Below, piece by piece: positions 19,529 through 28,779 of a DNA stretch of 64,000 nt. Where the stretch lies: contig JBDHJS010000001.1 in assembly GCA_039586795.1 (NCBI GenBank), forward strand, positions 138,328 through 202,327, given 5' to 3'. Below the pieces are notes generated by a model. The model did not search any database. It worked only from the letters and a program-made list of their open reading frames with translations, and was not told the origin of the DNA. Positions within the stretch are counted from its first letter, which is position 1; every line of letters begins with the position of its first letter. This stretch comes from Gemmatimonadota bacterium (lineage in GTDB: Bacteria > Gemmatimonadota > Gemmatimonadetes > Palauibacterales > KS3-K002). Both the position numbers and the translations under genes were made by a program.

Positions 19529-20134
19529 TCAGAACCAGGTATCGACCGTACCGGCGATCTTCTCGTAGCCCACAAACTTACCGTCCGCCACGGACAGTCG
19601 GCCGAGGAAGTCGTGCCCGAACCGCGTACGAATGAAGTGCTCAATCGGCTCGCCGACGAAGGCGGCCACGAGACCCGCGATGACGCCTGCGTGAGTCACG
19701 AGCAACACCGACTCTTTCCCGTGGCGTGACTCCAGCCTCCTGGTGAACTCAACCGCTCGAGCCTGCACCTCATCCCAAGATTCGCCGCCCGGGTAGCGGA
19801 ACTGGCCAAGCACGGCTTCCGTGGGCACGCGCTCGCGAACCTCCTTGAAGGAGAGACCCTCGAACTCGCCGGCATCGATCTCCGAGAGCGCGACCTCGGT
19901 CTCCAGTGGGATCTGTTGCTGCAACGTGTCGAGCACGAGGGCAGCCGTTCGCTGCGTACGGGCCTGGGGGCTGACGTATATGCGGGAGAGGTGGAGACCG
20001 TTGAGGTGCTCGGCGACCTGGATGGGGTGTTGCTTTCCGGCCTCGGTGAACGGTGAGTCCCCACGGCCCATCAGGATCTGCCCGACGTTCGCCTCGGTCT
20101 CACCGTGCCGCATGATGTAAGCATTGAGTGTCAT
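19529..20134 (-). CDS. Histidine phosphatase (phosphoglycerate mutase-like) family
   Basis: RHGETEAN, SP..R..RT, EID.G.FEG, PGGES, LVTHAG. Confidence 0.92.
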   Translation of the reverse strand: MTLNAYIMRHGETEANVGQILMGRGDSPFTEAGKQHPIQVAEHLNGLHLSRIYVSPQARTQRTAALVLDTLQQQIPLETEVALSEIDAGEFEGLSFKEVRERVPTEAVLGQFRYPGGESWDEVQARAVEFTRRLESRHGKESVLLVTHAGVIAGLVAAFVGEPIEHFIRTRFGHDFLGRLSVADGKFVGYEKIAGTVDTWF

Positions 20135-20163
20135 GAGACCAATCCTAATCATCATTCTCGGCT

Positions 20164-20441
20164 TGGGAAGTAGGAAGAGGATAGACGATAGAGGATAGAC
20201 GACAGCCGACAGCCAACGCTCGACGCCCGAGTAAACATCTCGCCGACCGACGCCCGATGACCGACGTGCGTCGGACGACGTTCTCGAGTATCGAGGGTCG
20301 GCTGATGATCGCGAGCGTCGAACGTCGAGCGTAGGGCGTCGATCGCCGAATAGGATTCGGGCGTCGAGCGGTGGCTGTCGGCTGTCGGCTGTCGAAATAG
20401 TCCCGGACGTCGAGCGCCGGCTGTCCGCTGTCGGCTGTCGA
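20164..20441. repeat. Intergenic heptamer-based composite repeat with inverted arms
   Basis: AGGATAG/ACGATAG/CCGACAG units; GACAGCCGACAGCCAACGCTCGACGCCCGA is near-complementary to TCGGGCGTCGAGCGGTGGCTGTCGGCTGTC. Confidence 0.85.
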
Positions 20442-20545
20442 GTAATCCCTTCCTTTTTCGGCCCTTGCTCAGAGCCTGAATCTCTCCTACGTTGCCGCGC
20501 TTCCTCAAGCGAAATTCCCACATGTGCACGCGTCAGGAGAGCGAT

Positions 20546-22012
20546 ATGCTACACACGACGATCATTGCGCTCTACGTCTTGCTGCTGTTCGGCGTGGCGC
20601 TGGCGAAATCGCGCAAGATCAAGACCCAGGACGACTTCATGGTGGCGGGCCGGCACGTGCCGGTACTGCTGTTGGTCGGCACGCTGGTTTGCACGTGGAT
20701 CGGCTCGGGCAGTCTGTTCGGAGGGGCCGGGCTGGCCTTTCGAAACGGCTTCTCGCAACTGTGGATGAGCGCCGGCGCCTGGGTGGGCATCGCCGTTGTT
20801 TATTTCCTGGCGCACCGTGTGCGCCGGATCGCCCAGTATACCGTCCCGGACGTGCTGGAGAAGCGTTACAACAAATGGGCGAGGATCCTGGGCACGATCG
20901 CCGTGATCATCGCCTACGTGTCTATCGCCGGGTACCAGTTCCGGGGTGGCGGCCGGTTGCTGAATATCATCACGGAAGGTGGGATCAGCCCCGAGACCGG
21001 CGCCCTGATTACCTGCATCGTGATCATCGTCTTCACACTGCTCGCCGGCATGGTGTCGATCGTATCGATCGACTTATTCAATGGCATCGTGATGACGGGG
21101 GCGATCCTGCTTGCGGTGCCATTCGCTCTGGACGCGGCGGGAGGTTGGACCGAGGTAACGACGACGCTACCAGCCGACCACTTTCAGGTCTTCGGCAGCA
21201 GGGATTGGCTGTGGGCGGTTGGGGTCTTCTTCCCGACGTTCTTCTTGCTGCTGGGTGAGAGCAGCATATACCAGAAGTTCTTCTCCGCCGAAAGCGAGTC
21301 CGCTGCACGCAAAGCGGTCATCGGCATGATCCTCGGTGTGGTGATACTGGAGACCCTGCTGGCCGCCGTGGCGGTCATCGGATCGAGCATCTATTGGGCC
21401 GACTCCGCGTTCGCGGATTCCGCAGTCACCGAGACCATCGTTCTTCAGCTGGCGGCGACCAACCTGCCCGCGCTGATGGGGGCGCTGCTGCTGGCGGGCG
21501 GCGTGGCGATCATCCTGTCGACCGGAAACACGTTCCTGATGATCCCGTCAACGAATCTGACGCGGGATATCTACCAGCGTTTCATCAATCCGGAAGTCGG
21601 CGACAAGGCGATCATTCGCTTTCAGAGAATCATGATCGTGGTACTGGGTCTGAGCGCGCTTCTCATGGCAACCCAGTTCACGACGATCCTGGCGATGGCC
21701 TTCACCGCGTACACGATGGTGGGCGCCGGCATTACTCCGGCTTTACTCGCCTCGTTCCTGTGGAAGCGCACGACGACGGCGGGCGGCGTGGCCTCAATCG
21801 CCTCCGGTATGGGTGTGACCCTGTTCATCACAATCGTAAATTGGTTCGCCGAGCGCAGCAGCGGCCACCCGTGGCTCGAGACCGACTACATCATCATTCC
21901 CGCAGCCAGCGCGTCGATTATCGCGTTGGTCGGCGTCAGCCTGTTGACACCCAAGCCACCGGCAGAAAAGTGGGAGCCTTTCTACGCCGCCGGAAAGGAG
22001 ACGGTCTCGTAG
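20546..22012 (+). CDS. Sodium:solute symporter (SSS) family transporter
   Basis: DFMVAGR, TWIGSGS, YTVPD.LEKRY, many TM helices, ILST.N, TRDIY; AGGAGA RBS. Confidence 0.93.
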   Translation: MLHTTIIALYVLLLFGVALAKSRKIKTQDDFMVAGRHVPVLLLVGTLVCTWIGSGSLFGGAGLAFRNGFSQLWMSAGAWVGIAVVYFLAHRVRRIAQYTVPDVLEKRYNKWARILGTIAVIIAYVSIAGYQFRGGGRLLNIITEGGISPETGALITCIVIIVFTLLAGMVSIVSIDLFNGIVMTGAILLAVPFALDAAGGWTEVTTTLPADHFQVFGSRDWLWAVGVFFPTFFLLLGESSIYQKFFSAESESAARKAVIGMILGVVILETLLAAVAVIGSSIYWADSAFADSAVTETIVLQLAATNLPALMGALLLAGGVAIILSTGNTFLMIPSTNLTRDIYQRFINPEVGDKAIIRFQRIMIVVLGLSALLMATQFTTILAMAFTAYTMVGAGITPALLASFLWKRTTTAGGVASIASGMGVTLFITIVNWFAERSSGHPWLETDYIIIPAASASIIALVGVSLLTPKPPAEKWEPFYAAGKETVS

Positions 22013-22023
22013 CGTAACGACAG

Positions 22024-22116
22024 GCGAGCGTCGAACGACGAGCGTCGAATGTCGATCGCCGAAGAGGATTCGGTCGTCGAGCGGTGGCTGTCCGCTGTCG
22101 GCTGTCGAAAAAAGTC
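22024..22116 (+). repeat. ~92-bp direct copy of 20311-20402
   Basis: GCGAGCGTCGAACG...GTCGATCGCCGAA.AGGATTCGG.CGTCGAGCGGTGGCTGTC.GCTGTCGGCTGTCGAAA in both copies. Confidence 0.88.
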
Positions 22117-22140
22117 GGCCGTCGCTGAAAGCGACGGCCG
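22108..22140 (-). terminator. Rho-independent terminator for the PspA-like gene
   Basis: CGGCCGTCGCT-N3-AGCGACGGCCG stem; T6 tract follows on the minus strand. Confidence 0.7.
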
Positions 22141-22168
22141 TCCTAATAACTCAGAGTAGAAGCCGGGC

Positions 22169-22858
22169 CTAGTCTTCTTCGATTTCCTTCTTGAGCTCGA
22201 GCAGCCGGCGCTCGATCTCGTCCGCCTCTTTCGCCGCCTCTAGCTTGCGCAGCTCCATGTCAGTTTCGATATGCTCAGACGGCGTCCGTTCGCCCAGAGC
22301 TTCGGCAAGCTCGCGTTCCGCAGCCGCCATATCCTCTGCCATCTCGATGTCTTCTTCGGCGCGCTCGTACCGCTTCAGACTGCTCTCCGGCCCGCGGATC
22401 GCCTCATCCAGCTTGCGCGCCGTCGTCGTCCGACGCGAGCGCGCGAGAAGAGCGCTACGGTTGCGCTCCGCATCTTTCATCTGCTCCAGTTTGAGCTCGT
22501 ACTCGTCCTGGAGTCGGCCCAGTTCCTCGCGCATTTCGTCCGCCTGGCGACGCAGTTGCTCGGCATGATCCAGCGCGTCGCGTGCCGCCTCGGTAGCGCT
22601 GTGAGCTTCGTCGGACCGGCCGGCGGCCTGGGCTTCCTTGCCCTTGTTGTGCGCCAACTCCGCGCGCTGAACCTGCTGGCCCGCACGCCGGTCCGCCTCT
22701 CGCACATCCTTCTCGAGGCGTGGGATGCGGGCGCGCATCTGGATCAGCTCATCCCGCATCTGATGGAGGAGGCGGTCGAGGTCGTCGCGGCTGAGGGGCC
22801 GGTCAGCCTCTTTGCGCTCGAGAGCGCGCTCGATCTTCTGTCGAAATCGTTTGAACAT
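22169..22858 (-). CDS. PspA/IM30-like coiled-coil protein
   Basis: MFKRF N-terminal amphipathic helix, all-helical charged sequence, L.ARS and EIERRL.ELK C-terminus. Confidence 0.6.
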   Translation of the reverse strand: MFKRFRQKIERALERKEADRPLSRDDLDRLLHQMRDELIQMRARIPRLEKDVREADRRAGQQVQRAELAHNKGKEAQAAGRSDEAHSATEAARDALDHAEQLRRQADEMREELGRLQDEYELKLEQMKDAERNRSALLARSRRTTTARKLDEAIRGPESSLKRYERAEEDIEMAEDMAAAERELAEALGERTPSEHIETDMELRKLEAAKEADEIERRLLELKKEIEED

Positions 22859-22911
22859 GAAGGCAATCTAAGGCCCCTTGCGGAGAGAATCGAGGCGAGC
22901 TAGTTTGCCTG

Positions 22912-22937
22912 AACATATGAGCGATTCTTCATACGTT
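22912..22937. promoter_or_regulatory. ArsR/SmtB (CzrA-type) operator-like inverted repeat
   Basis: AACATATGA-N8-TCATACGTT at the start of the ArsR gene. Confidence 0.65.
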
Positions 22938-23315
22938 TCCGACCGGAAGGCCCGCGATCCGCAACACCGCGGCGAACTCCACCTCGTCGACCCGGCGGCT
23001 GTCGAGGCCGTCCGCGCCGTGCTCTGCAACGAGGACGAGCTCACGCTGATCGCCGACACCTTCCAGATCCTGGCCAGCCCAACTCGACTACAGATCGTCA
23101 GAGCGCTATCCGGGCGCGAGCTCTGCGTCGGCGACCTGGCGGCGGCCGTGGATGCCAGTCCCTCGGCGGTTTCCCATCACCTCCGCCAACTCAGACAGAT
23201 GCGGCTAGTGCGCCACCGCCGTGACGGGAAACTGACCTACTACTCGCTGGACGACGAGCATGTAGCGCGTCTGTTCGACCTCGGGCTGGAGCACGTTAGA
23301 GAGGAGTTAGACTGA
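22917..23315 (+). CDS. ArsR/SmtB (CadC/CzrA-like) metal-responsive repressor
   Basis: F..LASPTRL.I, ELCVGDLA, SAVSHHLR.LR, YYSLDDEHV...EH alpha5-type metal site. Confidence 0.93.
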   Translation: MSDSSYVSDRKARDPQHRGELHLVDPAAVEAVRAVLCNEDELTLIADTFQILASPTRLQIVRALSGRELCVGDLAAAVDASPSAVSHHLRQLRQMRLVRHRRDGKLTYYSLDDEHVARLFDLGLEHVREELD

Positions 23316-23316
23316 A

Positions 23317-25521
23317 GTGGCCAGTCGCCAAACGCAGCCCGCCACGGAGCTGGTGCTGGGCGTGCCCGACATGGACTGCGCGAACTGCGCACGTCGAATC
23401 TCGGAGCGCTTGGAAAAACTCGACGGCGTTTCAAAGGTCGACACACGCATCGTCGCGAAGGACGTGCGAGTCGAGTTCGATCCCGCGCTCACCGCGGAAG
23501 GCACGCTGGAAGATGCGGTGCGCTCGCTGGGCTACACCGTGGAGCGAGACGGGCGTGAGTCTCAAACGGTTGAGCGACAGACCCTCTGGAGAAGCGCGGA
23601 AGCATTTCGTACCTACGCATCAGGCACAGCGATCGCGCTAGGTCTTCTACTCCGCCTGCTGGGTGCCAGTCCACTGCTGGCAACCGTTTCCGCTCTCCCG
23701 GGAATACTCTGGAGGCTGGATGTCGGCGCGGTGTTGTTCGTTTTCGCCGCCCTGATCGGCGGATTGAATTTCTTCTCCAAGGGATTGCGAGCCGCGCGGA
23801 TGGTGCGGCTCGACATGAACTTCCTGATGACGGTGGCCATCTTCGGCGCGCTGGCAGTAGGCGAGTTCGTGGAAGCTGGAAGCATCGCCTTCCTATTCGG
23901 GCTCGCCGAGTTGTTGGAGCGCCACTCGGTGGAACGCGCGCGACGCTCCATCGAGCAACTACTTAATCTGGCCCCTGCAACAGCACGCGTGCAGCGCAAC
24001 GGCGAAGTGTTGATCGTCCCTGTCGAGACATTGGAGCCGGGAGACATCGTGCAGGTTTTGCCCGGCGAGAAGGTCCCGATCGACGGAGTGGTTCTGGACG
24101 GAGTATCAGCCGTGGACCAAAGCCCGATCACCGGCGAATCGATGCCGGTCAACAAGTCGCCGTCAGACACGGTTTACGCCGGAACGATGAACCACCAGGG
24201 TTATCTGGAGATCGAGGCCGCAAAACGGGCCGGCGATACAACTCTTGCGCATATCATCCATCTGGTGGAGGAGGCTGAAGCGTCCCGCGCACCGAGCGAA
24301 CGCTTCGTCGATGTATTCGCCCGCTACTATACGCCTGCGGTTACGATCCTCGCCGTTACCGTCATGCTCGTACCACCGCTGGTTATCGGCGCGTCGTTCT
24401 CCACATGGTTCGTGCGCGGACTAACGTTGCTCGTCATCTCTTGCCCCTGCGCGCTGGTAATATCGACCCCGGTAGCGGTAGTCAGCGGGATCACCAGCGC
24501 TGCCAGAAACGGAGTCCTGATCAAGGGCGGCGTACATTTGGAAGCGCTGGCCGGTGTGCGCGCTGTGGCGTTCGACAAGACCGGAACACTTACCAAAGGC
24601 GAGTTGCGGGTGGTCGACATGGTGGTCGCCGAAGACTCGGAATTGGCAACACAGGACTTGCTAGCCATCGCCTCGGCGATCGAAGCCCGATCAGAGCATC
24701 CCATAGCGGAAGCGATCCGTCGACAAGCGGAAGAGCTCGATGCGAACTCTCAGACCCCGGTCTCCGATTTTGAGGCAGTCCCTGGCCGTGGCGCCCGGGC
24801 GCGATTGAATGGCTCTCTATTCCAGATTGGGAGGCCTGAGTTCTTCGGAGACCTTGTCGAGGCCTGGCGCTCAGAACTGGACCAACAGGCGGCAGCCGGT
24901 AACACGCCGATCTGCGTGGGCACCGAATCTTCTATCCTGGGCCTGATCGCCGTTGCTGATAGCGAGCGCGAAGAGGCGGCGCGAGTCATAGAGATGCTTC
25001 ATGGTCTCGGAGTCCAGCGTATCGTGATGCTGACCGGCGACCACGAAGCCACAGCGCGGACGCTCGCCGAGAAGCTGGGGGTGGACGAGTTCCATGCCGG
25101 CCTGCTGCCCGGTGAGAAGGCCGTCAAGGTGCGCGAGATGGAGGAGCAGCTGGGAGCCCTGGCGATGATAGGCGACGGAGTGAACGACGCCCCGGCGCTG
25201 GCCGCGGCCACGATCGGCGTTGCCATGGGAGCGATGGCCAGCGACGTGGCTCTCGAAACCGCTGACGTGGCCATTATGACGGATGACCTCAGCTGCCTGC
25301 CCTACCTGTTTCGACTTGCCCGAAGGAGCCATGCCGTGATCCGCGAAAACATCTTCGCGTCGATCGCCATCAAGTTCTCCCTGGCCGCTGGAGTGATACC
25401 TGGATGGGTAAATCTGATCACAGCTGTGCTGGTGGGAGACATGGGCGCCTCGCTCGCCGTCACCGGGAACGCCCTGCGCCTGGCTCGACTCGGCCGTCGA
25501 TCGACTTCGGAGGACAAATAG
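23317..25521 (+). CDS. cadA: Heavy-metal P1B-type ATPase (Cd/Zn/Pb, CadA/ZntA-like)
   Basis: MDCANC HMA domain, TGES, SCPCAL, DKTGT, SEHP, GDGVNDAP. Confidence 0.93.
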   Translation: MASRQTQPATELVLGVPDMDCANCARRISERLEKLDGVSKVDTRIVAKDVRVEFDPALTAEGTLEDAVRSLGYTVERDGRESQTVERQTLWRSAEAFRTYASGTAIALGLLLRLLGASPLLATVSALPGILWRLDVGAVLFVFAALIGGLNFFSKGLRAARMVRLDMNFLMTVAIFGALAVGEFVEAGSIAFLFGLAELLERHSVERARRSIEQLLNLAPATARVQRNGEVLIVPVETLEPGDIVQVLPGEKVPIDGVVLDGVSAVDQSPITGESMPVNKSPSDTVYAGTMNHQGYLEIEAAKRAGDTTLAHIIHLVEEAEASRAPSERFVDVFARYYTPAVTILAVTVMLVPPLVIGASFSTWFVRGLTLLVISCPCALVISTPVAVVSGITSAARNGVLIKGGVHLEALAGVRAVAFDKTGTLTKGELRVVDMVVAEDSELATQDLLAIASAIEARSEHPIAEAIRRQAEELDANSQTPVSDFEAVPGRGARARLNGSLFQIGRPEFFGDLVEAWRSELDQQAAAGNTPICVGTESSILGLIAVADSEREEAARVIEMLHGLGVQRIVMLTGDHEATARTLAEKLGVDEFHAGLLPGEKAVKVREMEEQLGALAMIGDGVNDAPALAAATIGVAMGAMASDVALETADVAIMTDDLSCLPYLFRLARRSHAVIRENIFASIAIKFSLAAGVIPGWVNLITAVLVGDMGASLAVTGNALRLARLGRRSTSEDK

Positions 25522-25767
25522 AACCGGGCAGACTACCGGTTCCTCGCAAATTGGCCCCAACCAGCATTCCGGTAGCCTGCCCAGGATAGTTCAAATCCGG
25601 CAGTATTTTCGCCCTCACCAAAGTGCACGCTTCATGCCAACCTCGACGGTGAAGCAAAACCCGTTGCGGGATCATTGATTCTCCGCACGCGCCTGCCCTG
25701 AGGGGGTCCCGCTGGAGGGCGTAATGTCTCAGATGGGGACGCGGGGCTGCGCCCGAAAGTCCCCAAA

Positions 25768-25799
25768 TATCAACAGCTTACGGCGGGCACAGCTCTTGC
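25768..25799 (+). promoter_or_regulatory. IHF site plus sigma54 -24/-12 promoter
   Basis: TATCAACAGCTTA (matches WATCAANNNNTTR) then GGGCACAGCTCTTGC (GG-N10-GC), ~115 bp upstream of the CDS. Confidence 0.7.
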
Positions 25800-25915
25800 C
25801 ACATTTAACTTGATGAAACCGCTTCCGACCCGCAAACAGGCGGATTTCGGGCAGGCAAAAGAACACTGGGCCGGCTAAACGGCCGGAGCTTGCTAGCAGA
25901 ATTGCAGCCGCCAAG

Positions 25916-28741
25916 ATGATCGAATCCAAGACCGAGATCGTAGCGCGCCGTTTGCTCACAGCCGCCTCCGCGTTCACCGCGCTGCTGCTGTCGCTGTGCG
26001 CACCAGGGAGCGTTGGCGCGCAAACCAACGACCTGTGCCTGATGTGCCACTCGAATCCGTCATTATTCGAGAGCAATCCGCGGGGCACGGCGCTTGTGGT
26101 CACACAAGAAATGCTCGGCGGCTCGGTGCACAGCCAGGTCGGCTGCACCGATTGCCACCAAGGACTGGCGTTCCCACATCCGGAGGAGATTCCGCCGCCG
26201 ACGTGCGGCCTCTGTCACGACGATCAAACGGTTCAACACGGCGAGTCGCTTCACGGGTTGGCGCAGGCGCGGGGTGACACATTGGCACCGAGCTGCTCGT
26301 ACTGCCACGGCACGCACGAGATGCTCGGTCACTTGAATCCGCAGGCGCCGACCTACGTTTTCAACATCCCGCTGCTGTGCGGTCAATGCCATCACGAAGG
26401 GACGGAGGTAACTCTAACGCATGACATCCCGCAGGATCAGATCCTTGAGAACTACTCGCTTTCGATTCACGGCGAGGGTTTGTTTCGGCAAGGACTGACC
26501 GTGACGGCGGTCTGCACGTCCTGCCACACATCGCATTTCATCCTACCTCACACGGACCCCCGCTCCAGCATTCACGAATCGAACGTGCCAGCGACCTGCA
26601 CCCAGTGTCACGCGCTTATCGAAGAAGTGCATCAACAGTTCATCGAAGGGCGACTGTGGGAAGCGGAACCCCACAAGATTCCGGTCTGCGTGGACTGCCA
26701 TTCACCGCACAAGATTCGGCGAGTGTTCTACGACGCGGGCGTCGCCAACCAGGACTGTTTCGGGTGTCACTCCGATCCGCGCCTGACGATGGAGCGGGAC
26801 GGACAAGCGATCTCGCTGTACGTCGATGAGCAAGCGTACAGTCTCTCCATGCACTCGGGTACGGGCTGCGCCCAATGTCATACAGACGTGGCGCCATCTC
26901 TGTTGGCACGACCCTGCTCTACTTCCGTGGCTACGAACGTAGACTGCGCGATCTGTCACCCCGTGGAAGTCGAGGCACACAATGGCAGCATCCATGGTCA
27001 GCTGGTGGCGGAGGGCGATCCTGATTCGCCGGCCTGCCTGGATTGTCACGACAATCACGCCACGCTTGGCCAGTTGTCGCCGGCGTCACCGACTTACCCG
27101 CGCAACGTTCCGGACCTGTGTGCCCGGTGCCACCGGGAAGGTGAGCCTGGAGCGCGTCGCCTGACCCATGATAGTCCGCTGAACATCATCAACAAATACG
27201 AGATGAGCATCCACGGTAAGGGGCTACTCGAGAGCGGCTTGGTGGTGACGGCGACCTGCTCAAGTTGCCACGGCCCGCATCATGTGCTACCGGCCGAAGA
27301 CCCGGCGTCGTTAGTGCACAGAGACAATGTTACCGGCACCTGCGGTACCTGTCACCACGGCATCGAGGAGATCTATCAGGAGAGCGTGCACTGGGTAGGC
27401 AGGGAGGAATTCGACCCGTCGGAGCACGAACACGACCTGCCGACTTGCGAGAACTGCCATACATCGCACACGATCAGCCGCACGGACCGCACCGATTTCC
27501 GCCTATCGATGATGGATCAGTGCGGCCGCTGCCACACGGAAGAGTCGGAGACGTTCTTCGACACGTTTCATGGCAAGGTATCCCGCCTGGGAGACGCGGG
27601 CGCCGCCAAGTGTTACGACTGCCACGGTACGCACAATATCCTGCCGACCACCGAGCCCGGGTCCACCTTGAGCCGGCGGAACATCATCGAGACGTGCGCT
27701 CAGTGTCACCCCGGCGCCAATCGCAAGTTCACGGGCTACCTGACGCACGCCACCCACCACGACGCCGAGCGGTATCCCTTCCTGTTTTGGGCGTTCTGGG
27801 GGATGACGGCGCTGCTGGTCGGCACTCTGTCGTTTGCCACACTCCACACGCTCGCCTGGCTATTCCGCATGTGGCGGTCACCGGGCGAGTGGGTTCGTCA
27901 CAAGCCGGTAGAAGGTGAGGCGCTGTACCGACGTTTCACGACGTTCGAGCGCTCACTTCACCTGACGATGTTGATCAGCTTCTTCGTGCTGGCGATCACC
28001 GGCATGATCTTGAAGTTCTCGTACACCGGGTGGGCACAATCGCTGGCGAGCTTCGTCGGTGGATTCGCAACTACGGGAGTACTCCACCGTATGGGCGCGA
28101 TCGTGCTGATCACCGTCTTTATGATTCACTTGATCGACGTCTTCATGCGAAAGCAGGCATCGAAGCAGAACTGGCGCGAGTTCATCTTCTCCGACAGCTC
28201 GCTCATGTTCAACAGAAACGACCTGCGGGAGTTTATCGGTTCGATTAAGTGGTTTCTCGGCTGGGGATCGCGGCCCAAGTATGGACGCTTTACCTACTGG
28301 GAGAAATTCGACTACTTCGCAGTCTTCTGGGGAATGTTCATCATCGGGTCGACCGGATTGCTGCTCTGGTTCCCCGAGCTGTTCACGGTGATTCTGCCAG
28401 GGTGGACCGTGAATGTCGCAACCATCTTGCACAGTGACGAAGCGCTGCTGGCCGTGGCGTTCATCTTTACCATCCACTTCTTCAACACGCACTTCCGACC
28501 GGACAAGTTCCCGATGGATCCCGTCATATTCACCGGACGTGTCCCTGTCGAAGAGTTGAAGCACGATAAACCGCGCGAGTACGAGAAGCTGGTTGAAGCG
28601 GGTAAGCTGGAGGAGTACCTGGTTCACCCATATCCGAAAAAGATGCAGCGACTGTTTCGCGTCTTCGGCTTCTCCGCCCTTGCCGTGGGTCTGATCGTGA
28701 TATTCTTGATACTCTACTCGATGCTCAGCGTCTACATGTAG
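25916..28741 (+). CDS. 19-heme cytochrome c fused to FdnI/HydC-like cytochrome b (CbcL-like quinol:cytochrome c oxidoreductase)
   Basis: Signal peptide; 19 CxxCH; C-terminal TM domain with RF...ERSLH, LHR.GA, IHL, YGRFTYWEKFDY, LHSDEALLA, IHFFNTH. Confidence 0.88.
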   Translation: MIESKTEIVARRLLTAASAFTALLLSLCAPGSVGAQTNDLCLMCHSNPSLFESNPRGTALVVTQEMLGGSVHSQVGCTDCHQGLAFPHPEEIPPPTCGLCHDDQTVQHGESLHGLAQARGDTLAPSCSYCHGTHEMLGHLNPQAPTYVFNIPLLCGQCHHEGTEVTLTHDIPQDQILENYSLSIHGEGLFRQGLTVTAVCTSCHTSHFILPHTDPRSSIHESNVPATCTQCHALIEEVHQQFIEGRLWEAEPHKIPVCVDCHSPHKIRRVFYDAGVANQDCFGCHSDPRLTMERDGQAISLYVDEQAYSLSMHSGTGCAQCHTDVAPSLLARPCSTSVATNVDCAICHPVEVEAHNGSIHGQLVAEGDPDSPACLDCHDNHATLGQLSPASPTYPRNVPDLCARCHREGEPGARRLTHDSPLNIINKYEMSIHGKGLLESGLVVTATCSSCHGPHHVLPAEDPASLVHRDNVTGTCGTCHHGIEEIYQESVHWVGREEFDPSEHEHDLPTCENCHTSHTISRTDRTDFRLSMMDQCGRCHTEESETFFDTFHGKVSRLGDAGAAKCYDCHGTHNILPTTEPGSTLSRRNIIETCAQCHPGANRKFTGYLTHATHHDAERYPFLFWAFWGMTALLVGTLSFATLHTLAWLFRMWRSPGEWVRHKPVEGEALYRRFTTFERSLHLTMLISFFVLAITGMILKFSYTGWAQSLASFVGGFATTGVLHRMGAIVLITVFMIHLIDVFMRKQASKQNWREFIFSDSSLMFNRNDLREFIGSIKWFLGWGSRPKYGRFTYWEKFDYFAVFWGMFIIGSTGLLLWFPELFTVILPGWTVNVATILHSDEALLAVAFIFTIHFFNTHFRPDKFPMDPVIFTGRVPVEELKHDKPREYEKLVEAGKLEEYLVHPYPKKMQRLFRVFGFSALAVGLIVIFLILYSMLSVYM

Positions 28742-28772
28742 GCACGGAACCGTCTACATGTAGGCACTGAAC
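28729..28772 (+). repeat. 22-bp tandem duplication (1 mismatch) spanning the stop codon
   Basis: CGTCTACATGTAGGCACGGAAC followed by CGTCTACATGTAGGCACTGAAC. Confidence 0.9.
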
Positions 28773-28779
28773 GTTGACG

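Noticed and set aside
20164..20441. Possible CRISPR array
   Set aside because: No constant repeat with unique equal-length spacers and no cas genes; units are degenerate heptamers
20135..20521. N-terminal extension of the histidine phosphatase ORF
   Set aside because: It is the translated intergenic repeat (TADSRQP-type low complexity); the domain begins near 20134
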